Below are positions 32,171 through 46,477 of a DNA stretch of 64,000 nucleotides, in pieces. The translations under genes were made by a program, and so were the position numbers. Origin of the DNA: the human T2T-CHM13v2.0 reference genome, Homo sapiens; NCBI RefSeq assembly GCF_009914755.1, contig NC_060928.1. One strand, 5' to 3'. The notes under the pieces are model-generated. The model saw nothing but the letters and a program-made list of their open reading frames with translations. It had not been told where the DNA came from and made no database searches. Position 1 is the stretch's first letter, and each line of letters opens with the position of its first letter.

Positions 32171-32600
32171 AATTTATGAAAACACTGAAAACAAAACTTA
32201 TTTTTAAAGTACACATGGGTTTATAGCAGTATTATTAATAATAATAATAACGAAATGCTGAAAACAGCCCAAATTCAGTTACAAAAAAAACAAAAAAACA
32301 AAAAAAACAACTACTGTTCCATGCCACAACATAGAGGAATCTCTAAAACATTACACTGAGGGGTGAGCGGCGGCGGGTGGTGGGGGGACCTAACACAAAA
32401 GAGTGCCTACTTCATAATCCCATTCATACGAAACTGTAGGAAAGACAAATATGGTCTATAATGATAGAAAGCAGATCAGTGGTTGCCTAGGACTGGGATT
32501 GGGAGATGGTGGTTATGGGAAGGAGAACAGGGGGACCATTTGGGTGGACAGAAATGTTTTATATTTTGATTGTGTAAACATTTCTCAAAACTCATAGAAT

Positions 32601-35600
32601 AGAGACAGGCAGAGCCAGATGGCAGAACAGAACCCTCCAGCAATCATCCCCCAACAGAAACACCAAATTGAACAACTATCCATGCAAGAAATCACCTTCA
32701 TAAGAACCAAAAATCAAGTGAGCAATCACCATGCCTGGTTTTAACACCGTATCAAGGAAAGGGTCATGAATCAAGAAACAGAGACCAAAAAAAAGAGAAA
32801 GGGGCACTGAAAACAGTAAGAAAGACAGTCTTGCATGGCCCCTCACCCCAACAGTAGCCTGCAGAGAGAGAATCTCCAAGTACACAGGTACCTGGAGAAG
32901 GGAGGGAGCATTTAAACTACCCTTGGCCAGAGGGGAATCCTCTGCCCCAGGGTAGGAACCTGGGTGCCAGCCAGCTCCACCACGAGCTGACTAAAGAGCC
33001 CTGGAGTCCTGAATAAATATGAAAGGCAGTCAGGCCACAAGGACTGCAGTCCATGGGCAAGTCTGGTTGCTGCACTGGGCTGGGAGCCAGAGGAATTGGA
33101 GTGCACACAATCCATCAAGACAGTTGTGGTGGCCAAGGGAGTGCTTTTGTTGTTCTTCCCCCAACTCCAGGCAGTGCAGCTGGGGGAGAGACTTCTTCCA
33201 CTTGAGGAGAGGAGAGGGAAGAGTAAAGACGACTTCATCTTGCAACCTGGGAACCAGCTTAGACACAGTTAAAAAAGAAAAAGAAGAAGAAGAAAGAAGA
33301 ACCACCACCAGCACCAGCACCACCAAGCAGATTTCTGAAATGGCCCAATTCCAGGCCCTAGCTCCTGGACATCATTTCTAGATCCTTCCTGGGCCAGAAG
33401 GGAAGCTGCTGCCCAAAGAGAAGGACCCAGTCCTGGAAGGATTCACCACCTGCTAACTAAAGAACCCTGGGGGCTTGAATAAATACCAGTGGTAGCTGGG
33501 CAGTAGTTACCATGGGCCTTGAAGAAGACTCAGTACTGGCTTCAGATGTGACCCAGGATAGTCCTGGCTGTACTGGCCTTAGAAGTGTCTGCGTCACCCC
33601 TCCCCCAACTCCAGGCAGCCCAGCACAGAGAGAGAGAGAGAGAGAGACTCCTGTTTTGAAGAAAGTGAAGAAAAAGAATGAGAAACTGCCTCATAAGGGA
33701 ATTCTCCCCATCTTACCCAAGCCCACCAAGGCAGTAGAAGGCTACAAGAATAATAGCATTACTGGACATGGGGCGCCCTCTAGTGCAGATATGACTGCAG
33801 TGACCAAAGACTTAGATCATAACATTTAATTCCCTTTGAATACCTGGAAAGCCTTCTCACAAAGGATGGGTACAAAAAAGCCCAGACTGAGGGATTAGAA
33901 TAAATACCTAATTCTTCAATGCCCAAACATGCATGGATGAACATCCGCAAGCATCAACAACAAGCAAGAAAACATGACCTCACCAAATGAACTAAGTCAC
34001 CACTGACTAATCCCCCAGTGACAGAGATATTTGACTTTACAGAGAGAGAATTCAAAATAGCTGTTTTGAGGAAGTTCAACAAATCTCAAGAAAACACAGA
34101 GAAGAATTCAGAGAATCCCATCAGAAAAATTTAACAAGGATATTTAAATAACTTTAAAAAATCAAGCAGAAATTCTGGCTGAAAGCTTCAATTGACAAAC
34201 TGGAAAATACTTCAGAGTCTCTCAACAGCATAATTGATCAAGCAAAAGAAAGAATTAATGAATTTGAAGACAGGCTATTTGAAAATATACAGTCAGAGGA
34301 TAAAAAAGATTAAAAAAAGGAATAAAATATGCTTACAAGATTTAGAAAATAGCCACAAAAGGGTAAATCTATGAGTTATTAACCTTAAAGAAGAGGTAGA
34401 AAGAGAGATTGGGGTAGAAAGTTTATTGAAAGAAATAATAACATAGAACTTTCCTAATTTAGAGCAACATCAGTATTCAGGTACAAGGTCATAGAACATT
34501 AAGCAGATTTAACCCAAATAAAACTACTTCAAAGCATTTAATAAACAAAACTCCCAAAGGTCAAGGATAAAGAAAGAACCTTAAAAACAGCAAAAGAAAA
34601 GAAATCAATAACATATAAAGGAGATCCAATACATCTGGCAGCAGACTTCTCAATGGGAATCTTGTAGGCCAGGAAAGAATGGTATGACATATTCAAATTG
34701 CTGAAAGAAAAAAGAAAACTTTTATCCTAGAATATTATATCTAGCAAAAATCCTTCAAACATGAAGGAGAAAAAAAAATACTTTCCCAGACAAAAGATGA
34801 TAGATTTCATTGACACCAGACATGTCCTACAAAAAATGCTAAAGAGTATTCTTCAACCTGAAAAAAAAGGACAATAATGAGCAATAAGAAATCATCTGAA
34901 GGTATAAAACTCATGAGTAACAGTAAGTACACAAAAAAAACAGACTACTGTAACATTATAATTGTAGTGTTAAACCACTCATATCTTGAGTAAGACAAAC
35001 CAATCAAAAATAATAACTATAACAACTTTTTAACAGGTAGATAGTATTGAAAGATAGAAACAGTGAAAAGTTAAAAAGTTTTGGAGGGATGGTGTTAAAG
35101 TGCAGAGTTTTTATTTGTTTTCTTTTTGCTTGTTTATTAGTGGAGTGTGGTTTTTTGGGGTTTTTTTTTTGTTTTTTGTTTTGGTCACCAGAGTTAAGTT
35201 GTCATCAGTTTAAAATAATGGGTTATAAAATGTTTTTTGCAAGCAAGCCTCATGGTCACCTAAAATCAAAGACCTACAACAGATAGATTAAAAATAAGAA
35301 ATTAAAACATACTACCAGAGAAAATCACTTTTACACAAAGGAAGACAGGAAGAAAGGAAGGCCACAGAACAACCAGAAAACAAATAACAATGGCAGTAGT
35401 AAGTCCTTAACTATCAATAATGACATTGAATGTAAATGAACTAAACTCTCCAATCAAAAGACATAGAGTGGCTGAATGGATAGAAAAATAAGACCTCAAC
35501 TATATGTTGTTTACAAGAGACTCACTTCACCTATAAAGACACAGACTGAAAATAAAGGGGTGGAAAAAACATATCCCATGCAAACGGAAACCAGAAAAGA

Positions 35601-38600
35601 GCAGGAGTAGTGATACTTATATTAGATAGTGTAGATCTTAAGACAAAGAAGGTTATCATATAATGATAGAGGGGTCGATTCAGCAAGAGGATATACCAAT
35701 TGTAAATATATATGCACCCAACAATGGAGCACCCAGATATATAAAGAAAATATTATTAGTGCTAAAGAGAGAGATAGGCCCCAATACAATAATAGCTGAA
35801 GATCTCAACAACCCACTTTCAGTATTGGACAGATCATCCAGACAGAAAATAAACAAAGAAATATCAAACTTAATCTGCACTATAGACTAAATGGACCTAA
35901 TAGATATATTTACAGAACATTTCATCCAACAGCTACAGAATGCACTTTCTTCTTAGCACATGCATCATTCTCAAGGACATGCCATATATTAGGCAAAAAA
36001 ACAAGTCGTTAAAAACTCACAAAAATTGAAATCTTTCACCTGATCTTTGCCTGGTATTTACAAAAAAGAAAAGAAAATTGAAATAAAATGAAGTATATTC
36101 TCTGCTCACCATGGAATAAAACTAGAAATCAATTACAAGAGAAACTTCGGAAACTATATGAAAACATGACAATTAAACAGTATGCTCCTGAATGACCAGT
36201 GGATCAATGAAGAAATTAAGAAGAAAATTGAAAAATTTCTTGAAACAAATGAAAATGAGAACACAACATATTAAAATCTATCAGGTATAGCAAAGGCAGT
36301 ACTAAGAGGAAAGTTTATAGCAAATAAGTCCCTACATCCAAAAAGTAGAAAAACTTCAAATAAATAACCTAATAATACATCTTAAAGAACTAGAAAAGAA
36401 AGAGCAAATCAAACCTAAAATTTATAGAAAAAAAGAAATAATAAAGATCGGAGAAGAAATAAATGAAATTGATAGCAAAAGAATAATACAAAAGACCAAT
36501 AAAATGCAAAGTTGGTGTTTTGAAAAGATAAGTGAAATTGAAAAACCTTTAGCCAAACTAACTTAAATAAGAGAGAAGACCCAAATAAATAAAATCAGAA
36601 ATAAAAGAGAAGACATTACAACTGATAGCACAGAAATTCAAAGAATCATTGGAGGCTATTATGAACAACTATATGCCAATAAACTGGAAAACCTAAAAGA
36701 AATGGATAAATTTCTGGGCACATACAACCTACTGATTGAACCATGAAGAAACCCAAAATCTGAATAGGCCAGTGACAAGCAATGAGATTGAAGCCATAAT
36801 AAAAAGTCTCCTAGCAAAGAAAATCTCAGGACTCAATGGCTTAACTACTGAACTTTACTAAACATTTAAAGAAGAACTAACACCAATCCTACTCAAACTA
36901 TACCAAAAAAAAAAAAGTGAAGAGGAGGGACTATTTCCAAACCCATTCTACAAGGCCAGTATTACTGTGATACCAAAATCAGACAAAGACACAAGAAAAA
37001 AAGAAAACATCAGGCCACTATCTCTGATGAACATAGATAAAAATTTCTCAAGAAAATTCTAGCTAACCAAATACAACAACATATTTAAAAGATCATTATC
37101 ATGGCCAAGTGGGATTCATCCCAGAAATGCAAAGATGGTCCAAGATATGCAAATCAATTAACATGATATGTCATATAAACAGAATATGATCATTTAAATT
37201 ATCATTATCAAATAATAATATCATTTCAATTGATGCTGAAAAAACATTCAGTAAAATTCAATATCCATTCATGATAAACACTCTAAAAAAATGGGCAGTG
37301 ACGGAACATATCTTAACACAATAAAAGCCATATATGACAGACCCACAGCTAGTATCATACTAAACAGGCAAAAACTGAAAGCCTTTCCTCTGAGATCTGG
37401 AACAAGACAAGGATGCCCACTCTCACCATTGTTATTCAACATAGTACTGGAAGTCCTAGTTAGAGCAATCAGACAAGAGAAAGAAATAAAGGGGATCCAA
37501 ATTGGAAAGGAAGAAGTGACATTATCCTTACTTGTAGATGATATGATCTTATATTTGGAAAAAACTTAAAGACTTCACAAAAAAGTATTAGAATTGATAA
37601 ATAAATTCAGTAAATTTGCAGGATACAAAATCAACATACAAAAATCAGTAGCATTTCTTTATGCCAACAGTGAAAAATCTGAAAAAAGAAATCAAGAAAG
37701 TAATCCCATTCATAATAGCTACAAATGAAATAAAATATCTAGCAATTAACCAAAGAAGTGGAACATTTCTACAATGAAAACTATAAAACATTAATGCAAG
37801 AAACTGAAGAGGACACCGAAAAATGGAAAGATATTTCATGTTCATGTATTAGAATAATCAATAGTGTTCAATTGTCCATACTACCCAAAGCAACCTGTAG
37901 ATTCAGTCAATCCCTATCAAAATACAAATGACATTGTTCACAGAAATAGAAAAGATAATCCTAAAATTCATAATAACCACTAAAGACCCAGAATAGCCAA
38001 AGCTATCTTGAGCAAAAACAATAAAACTGGAGGAATAGCATTATCTGACATCAAATGATACTACAAAGCTATAGTAGCCAAAACAGTATGGTAGTGGCAT
38101 AAAAACAGACAAATAGACCAATAGAACAGAAAGCACAGAAATAAATCCACGCATCTACAGTGAGCTCTTTTGACAAAGATGCCAAGAACATTCATTGGAA
38201 AAAGGACAGTCTTCAATAAAAGGTACTGGAAAAATTGGATGTCCACATGCAAGAGAATGAAACTCTCGCCATATACAAAAATCAAATTAAATGGATTAAA
38301 GACTTAAATCTAAGACTTTAAACTATGAAGCTACTAAAAGGAAACATTGGGGAAACTCTACAGGACATTGATCTGGGCAAAGATTTCTTTAGTAATACCT
38401 CAAAAGCACAGGCAACCAAAGCAAAAAAGGGACAAATGGGATTACATCAAGTAAAAAGGCTTCTGCACAGCAAAGGAAACAATCAACAAGGTGAAGAGAC
38501 AACTCACGGAATGGGAGAAAATATTTTCAAACTACCGATTTGACAGGGGATTAATAACTAGAATAAATAAGGAATTCAAACAACTCAATAAATAATTTGA

Positions 38601-39600
38601 TTTAAAAATGGGCAAAAGATCTAAACAGACATTTGTCAAAGGAAGACATAAAAATGGCAGACAGGTATATTATAAAATGCTCAACACCATTAATAATTAG
38701 GGAAATGCAAATCAGAACCACAATAAGATATCATCTCACCCCAGTTAGAATGGTTATCAAAAACTAATAACAAATGCTAGTGAGGATATGGAGAAAGAAG
38801 AAGCCTCATACACTGTTGGTGGAATGTAAATTAGTATAGCCACCATGGAGAACAGTATGGAGTTTCCTCAAAACACTAAAAAAAGAGCTACCGTATGATG
38901 CAGCAATCCCACTGCTAGATTTATATCCAAAAGAGAGGAAATCAGTATATCGAAGAGACACCTACACTCCCATGTTTATTGCAGCTCTATTCACAATAAC
39001 CAAGATTTACAATCAACCTAAGTGTTCATCAGTCAATGAACAGATAAAGAAAATGTGGCACATATTACAAAATAGAATATTATTCAGCCATAAAAAATAA
39101 TGAAATCCTGTCATTTCATGTCAGTTTCATGGATGGAAATGGAGGACATTATGTTAAGTGAAACAAGCCTGGCACAGAAAGACAAATTTCACATATTCTC
39201 ACTCATTTGTGAGAACTAACAATTAAAACAATTGAACTCATGAAGCTATAGAGCAGAATGATCATTACCAGAGGCTGGGCAGGGTAACATGGGGGTGAGG
39301 GGAAATGGAGTGGGGATGATTAATGTGTACAAAAAATACATAGATAGAATGAATAAGATCTATTATTTGATAGTATAACAGGGTGACTAAAGTCATTAAT
39401 AATTTACCGTGTATTTAAAAATAACCAAAAGAATAGAATTTGAATGTCCCTAACACAAGGAAATGATAAATACTTGAGGTGATGGATATTCCATTTACTC
39501 TGATGTGTTTCTTACATATTGTATGCCTGTATCAGAACATCACATGTACCCCATTAATATATACAGCTATTATATTCCCATAGTAATTAAAAATTAAAAA
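32601..39600 (+). mobile_element. Near full-length L1MA-type LINE-1 (~7 kb), decayed
   Basis: L1M 5'UTR 'cagagccagatggcagaacag...caccttcataagaaccaaaaatca'; ORF1 relic ~33975-34880; ORF2 from ATG 35390 (RT '[13 protein letters not shown]...LVDD'); L1MA 3'UTR; candidate degenerate TSD actcatagaa / actcatggaa. Confidence 0.88.
36033..36073 (+). other. 41-bp A-tailed orphan insertion with 11-bp TSD
   Basis: ctttcacctgatctttgcctggtatttac + aaaaaagaaaag, between aaaattgaaat copies at 36022-36032 and 36074-36084. Confidence 0.75.
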
Positions 39601-41289
39601 TATACATACACACTCATGGAAGCATTTTATTGTATGTAAATTATACCTCAATAAAGTTATTTTTTACTTAAAAAGTTAACATTTTTTACATTTCTGACTA
39701 CATTTTGACACTGTTGGTGTAATAAAAAAGAAGCAATGAATATGAAGCATTGAATAAAAAGAGCTACCATCTGTGCTCAGCATTTGAAAAAGATTTTTTC
39801 ACTTAATTTTTCCATAAAACCAATGGCTTGACTTTATTTCTAGTCTCACTTGAGGGATGAGAAAAGTTGACATTATAATAAGCAGTGTGGTTGGCTTGGA
39901 AAGTCAGATCCATCGATCTCCAAAGTAGTCCATGCTCTCAGCACTACATCATGATTTTTCCCAAAGTAGGAAGACATTGTACCCTCAATATGCCAACAAA
40001 GAGGAAAATAAGTCGGTTTGTCACCTGGGCAGAGCAGGAACAAAATAAATCATCAAGAAGCTTTTCAGGGACCACTAATGTCAATAGACCATCAAGTCTG
40101 AACTGATGGAGCAGCAAATGTAATTATTGCACCAGGAAAATTCCAGTTTAAGATACTGCTTAATCTCAAAGGTACAAAGGTCCTTGTTATTATTCTCATT
40201 TAGAAGGAGAATTAACTTGCAAAGAAGGGCAGGCATTTTCAAAGAATAAAAACTATATACCAACTTTCCTCTCCCACTTATCTTGTTTACTAGAATGGTT
40301 ATGTTCCCAGCTCATCATGTTTTACAGGTGAATTCTTTCAAAATTTGAGGGACAGATAGTATCATATGAAGCAAATGGATCCAGCACCAGAAAGAACATA
40401 AGTAAGAAATGGAAAACAACCTCATGAATTCTAGAAAAGCAAATATAGCCTTAATACCAAAACTTCACAAAGATAGTACAAAAACATTTTTTTGGAAAGG
40501 CTAAGGGACAGGGAAGAAAAGGGAAGAGGAAGGAAAGAAAAGAGTGGAAGGAGACTTAGAAAAATTTCATTTAAGAGTATAAGAGTGAAATTACAAATAA
40601 AATGTTAGCAAATATAATTCAACAAAATATCATCTATGGTAACCAAATAAAATTAAGCAGAGAAAACAAGAATGGCCCAGTAATGAGAAACTTATGAACA
40701 CAATATGCTGTGACGGAAAAAGCCAAACAAGAAGATCCATAATTCACCATTTAATCATTTGCCCCAACTTGTCATTCATTTTTTTATCCTAATATATGAA
40801 TACATAGAAGTTACTGAAATACTTTCTTTGAATAAGGAAGAATATCAATTTATACTAAAGATGAAATATACATTTATAACATCAATAAATAAAACTCCCC
40901 AGCTGCCAAAAAGGCATTTAATAAAATTAACCTCCATGCCTGATTTCATTACTAGCTTTAAAATAGGACAAAAAGGAGAAAAGACTTTGAAGTGAAACAG
41001 ACCTAGGTCAAATAAAAACACCACCACTAACCTCATGTATACATAGCCCAGTGCTTGGCACATAATAAACACCCAATAAACGAAAAGTAATTTCTATATC
41101 AACCAACCAGCCAGCTTCATGCTTAATAAATTCTATAGGCATAATATTAAAATTAGGCACAAAATAAGGAAGCTTTCTATTACCAATATTTAGTATTATA
41201 TATATGAAACAAAAGTCATGAATGCAGTAAAGGAAAAGACAAAATTATCATTATTTGCAGATGAGTGGCTACCTTGAATATCCAAATAG

Positions 41290-41683
<394 letters not shown>

Positions 41684-42228
41684 GAACATAAATATTTTTT
41701 AATAAATAACATTCCAATATAGTAGTCTAATTAGATAATATAATCTTAAAACAGATTTTATTTACTATAGAAAGAACAAAAATTTTAAAGGGAAAATTTC
41801 CATGAGAAATACAAACATCATGAAAAAACAAAAATATTTATAGAATAATATTTGAGTAAGAATAGGAAAATTATGATAAATATATAAAGGCTTCCAAAAT
41901 GTATATTTGTATTTAAAATCCCAACAGGATTAAGGAGACTTTAAGTGTTCTGAAATTCATTTGAATAGAATAAACAGGTAAGAATATTTACAAACAAAAA
42001 TTTGTAAGTTACTGAACTGTATACATGTAAGCTCTCAAAAAATGTGCTGAACCAACTACAAAATTAAGGTAGTTAAAATAATATATATACAAATAATAAA
42101 CGGCTCATATGCCTAAATTCAAATAAATAATGAGAATTAGACCCTGTGGCCCTAAAACTTAGACCCTAAAAATTAAAAGTATGATATTGTAGTCATTATA
42201 AATCAAGAGAGAGGGAAAAATTTACTTA

Positions 42229-42568
<340 letters not shown>

Positions 42569-42680
42569 AAAATGTGAAAAACAAACTAATAGAGAATTCC
42601 CTCTTTTGCCATAACTATAATAATCTCCAGATGGATCAAAAAGTTGAGTAGTTACAGCTTGTAGCATAGAAAAACTCTAA

Positions 42681-42987
42681 GTGGGTGGAAGGGGAAGGTG
42701 CTGGGTGAGGGAGTGCTGATTCTGTCTGTCCCTTCTCTTCCTCTGCTGCAGGCAGAGCCTGGTCACAGACTATGTCTTACTGCACGTGCTTGTGAAGTAG
42801 CACCTGCCCCTGGAGTACCAGCTGCTGCTCATTCCTTGTGCATTCAGTGGAAACTGTCTTCCCTGCCCAATAGCCAGGCCTCAGCACTTGCCCTGTCCCT
42901 ACCTGCAGCCCTTTGCCCCCACACACTCCTCCAGGTCTCCTCCTGACCCCCAGCATCAATTAAGTGTGACAAACAGAAAAAAGAAAA
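42681..42987 (+). pseudogene. GC-rich retroposed fragment of an unidentified transcript (apparent short intron, terminal exon and poly(A))
   Basis: Non-TE-like GC-rich insert in an AT-rich L1 relic; TSD agaaaaactctaa 42668-42680 / agaaaaactataa 42988-43000; AATTAA at 42958-42963 about 13 nt before the A-rich tail. Confidence 0.8.
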
Positions 42988-44534
42988 AGAAAAACTATAA
43001 AACCTCTAGAAGAAGAAGGAATTCCTAAGCTCAAAAGCAATGAAGAAACAAGATCAATAGCCTTACTGCATAAAAATTGGAAATCTCTCCAAATCAAAAA
43101 AAAAATTAAAAGGCATGAACTGAGAAAAAATTAGCTTTTGCAGTAAATGATTAATCTTTTTACAACTTACAGGTTCACATATACAATACGATGAACCTGA
43201 CAGCCTTATAACAAATAAACAATCCACAAAAGAAACTGCAACTGACAAACCAACATTGGGAAATGTCCTAACAGAAATTAAAGAAATGCAAATAAAACTA
43301 CAGTAAAAAAGTGCCATGTTTTTTCATGAAATTAGCAAGTGTTTTGTTGAATAATAGTCCATACTGGCAACAATGTTGTGAACCTGATCTTTTTATATAC
43401 CCCTGTTGAAAATATAAATTGGCATAAACATTTTGAAAGTAATTTAAAATATTTATCAAAGGCCTATCATTCATTCATAACCTTTTACTCAGTAATTCCA
43501 TTTTGAGAAATTTGTCTCAGAGAAATAAATATAGGAAATGCCTTATGTGCAACGATATTCATTAGAGTATTTATAACAACAAAAATTTGAAGAAAAATCT
43601 TAAATACCCAATAATAATGAAAAAGCTAAGTAAATTATGGTTATACTAACTGAATGGAATAATAAGTAGGTATTTCAAATGATGAATGAAACAGTTAAAC
43701 ATGTTATCTATGGGAAGTAAAATTATAAAAAATTTTCATTTGGTACTTAATGCATTTCTAAATGTTTGAATTTGTTATATCTTTCCTGTTATAACAAGAA
43801 AAAGGATATAAAGATATTTCCATTTTGAAAATATAGTTGAAATAATAGTTACAAAGATTGTAATAAATAAAAGATGTGCTTGCTATCCTTTCATAAAAAA
43901 AATATCTGGAATGAAACTCCTCTAAACTCTAATAGTGTAAGTGTATATTGATGAGAATGTAGATTTTTTGTGTGTTTTCCAAATTATCTTTATTGAATTC
44001 AGCAAACATTTATTGAGATCCTAAGCAAAAGGCACTGACTACAACAAAGATGTATAAGGTACTGCATGTTGCTTATTAATGTGCATGAATTATTCTTATA
44101 ATATTCTGAACAGTCATGTTCTCCCTGCAAAAGAACTCTTAGGAAAAACTGTATGATCACAAACAATCTGCTAAGAGTTTATTATTATATAAGCATTGCG
44201 GTATAAAATTGTAATATCCATTTTCAAACGTGTGAGAAAATACTACTAAGATTTAATAATTTTAATTTACAGTAACAACTTCCAAACATCCACTCAATCA
44301 AATCTGAAAAAAGAGAGACAGAAATTTATTTCTATTTCTTCAGATCCCTGAGATTTAAACACCTACCTTGATCGCAGAAATTGAAAGCGAAAATTTTTCA
44401 GTGCTGGGTACATATAGTAAATATTTTCTACCAGCCTCAAAAGTGAATTTGAACTGAACATGTCCAGGAATTTTAATAAAATATTGACCAGTTTAGCATC
44501 TGACCAGCTGAAAGGCAATTTCTTCTGTTATCTT

Positions 44535-44690
44535 TCCTAACATTCATTCATCTGTTAAATTAAATGAGCTAGAGCATATAAAGCACTTAAAAGAGTGTCC
44601 AGCATATTGTAAGCACTCGGCAAAAGTTAAATATTACTTTTAACAATTTAACAAATATTTCTAAGCAACCACTATGCACCAGACATGATG
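44535..44690. mobile_element. MIR 3' half followed by an L2 tail
   Basis: 'catctgttaaattaaatgag...taaagcacttaaaagagtgtccagcatattgtaagcactc' then 'aacaaatatttctaagcaaccactatgcaccagac'. Confidence 0.65.
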
Positions 44691-46316
44691 CTTTTAATAA
44701 AGCACAGTTATGTGGCTGAAAAGCAGCTCTGAAGAATGGGAAATCCTCTTTTCCCTTCAACATGTTCCTGGGCCCACATCAGATCTCCACAATCAATAAC
44801 AAAATGTCACCAACAAATGTAGGCAGAATGTCCACACCATTGAAGAGGAAAGAGAAATATGTCTTTCCTTTGCATCTTCTGAAAAGGAGTGGGTCCTTGG
44901 TGTGATTGTTACCTGTCCACACTTGGAGCAATCAAAGAGTAGCCAGGAAACAAATATGTAAAAGCCAATGTGGTAACAGAGAAGGATGGTGAAGTCTCTG
45001 GAAATAATAGGGGGGGTTCATTGGCTGAATCTGAGGGGGCAATGATGACAGACTTGGTATTGTGTCTGCACAGACCATCCCCAACTTCAAGTTCTTTCTC
45101 GACCTCTCCTTACTGACTGCCTCCTAGGCAGGACTGCCTCCTTACTGACACATGCTAACTCATGGCTGAGTGACAGCTCAGAGGAGGAACAAGCCATTCT
45201 CTAAGACTCATAGAAGAAAAGGAGTATAAAGAAATCATTTGCAAAGGCTACCGGGATTGAACAAAAGATAGCTTTGCTAAAGAAAACCACATCAAATGTC
45301 ACTGAAGAGTAACCACAAATCTTAGTTAGAATCTATTTTCTAAGAGGAAGCAGATCCAAAGTTGCACATCTTAATAACCAATATTCATAAATAGCTACCA
45401 CCCTGCTTCCCTCCCTGCCCCACAAAAAAAAACACCCCTTAATAAGGTAAACACAAAAGTGCTTAACTGATAAATAAGAAAAACAAACATTCTGATTGGC
45501 ACCACAGGAGGTGAATTTGTGTTTTGACAGTAATAGAATCCAAAACTCTAAACAGTACTGTTAAAAACGCTTAAACAATTTTGTCAATTTCATGCTTCCC
45601 CTGCTTCATTACCACATTGCAAGTTGATTAGAGGAATACTACATATGTTTTTATTATAACACCAATAAATTTCTAGGTATTTAATTGCAGCTTAACATCC
45701 ATCTCTCCAATGAAGGCTGAGGGAGGAGAGGGTGAGCAGCAATGAGGTAATTCCCTCAGCAGCTTGGAAAGTGAGGGAAGCTCGAAGCACGCTAGAGGTG
45801 TTTCTCAGCCTCCTTCAGATATAACAGTGAACAGTGTCTTTCCCAGAAAAGGGAATGATCCTCTCTGATTCCTCAGGCAGGTTTCTGAAGTAACAGCCTT
45901 GCAGTTTCTCAAGCTAATATTATAAATAAAACATTAATCATTATTAACCCTGCCTGAAAAAAAAGAATGCTGTGCTAAGAAACAATCCACATTTTCCTGG
46001 GCCAAATTCAGAATTGTTTACTCTTAAAGAAAACTCTTTGTTCCTTTTACTGAGGTTTTCTGACTCAAGTAAAATCCTCAAAGAATCTTCAAAATTGAAA
46101 AATGCCTTGACTGTCAAGAACACCATAGTCAAATACTTGAGTAAAATGAAAACTTGTCTTAAGCTGCCAGACAAGCAGTGTCTTATATTATGTAGCCTGT
46201 AATGTAAAATGATGATGTTTAACAACTTGTTTAACTAAAGATTATTTCAATACACAAGACCCAATGCTCTGCCAATTCCTATCCAAACCCAGGAATTCAC
46301 TCTTAGGTTAAAAAAA

Positions 46317-46395
46317 TATATATATCTATCTATATATATATATACACACACACACGCACACACACACACATATACACACGCACATACATGTATAT

Positions 46396-46442
<47 letters not shown>

Positions 46443-46477
46443 CGCACACACACATACATGCATATATACATATATAT
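46317..46477. repeat. Compound (TA)n/(CA)n microsatellite
   Basis: Seen directly. Confidence 0.95.

Noticed and set aside
44366-44507. Possible minus-strand exon (donor CAAG|GTAGGT; open frame WSDAKLVNILLKFLDMF...)
   Set aside because: Weak acceptor, no recognisable homology and no partner exons; cannot be supported from sequence alone.
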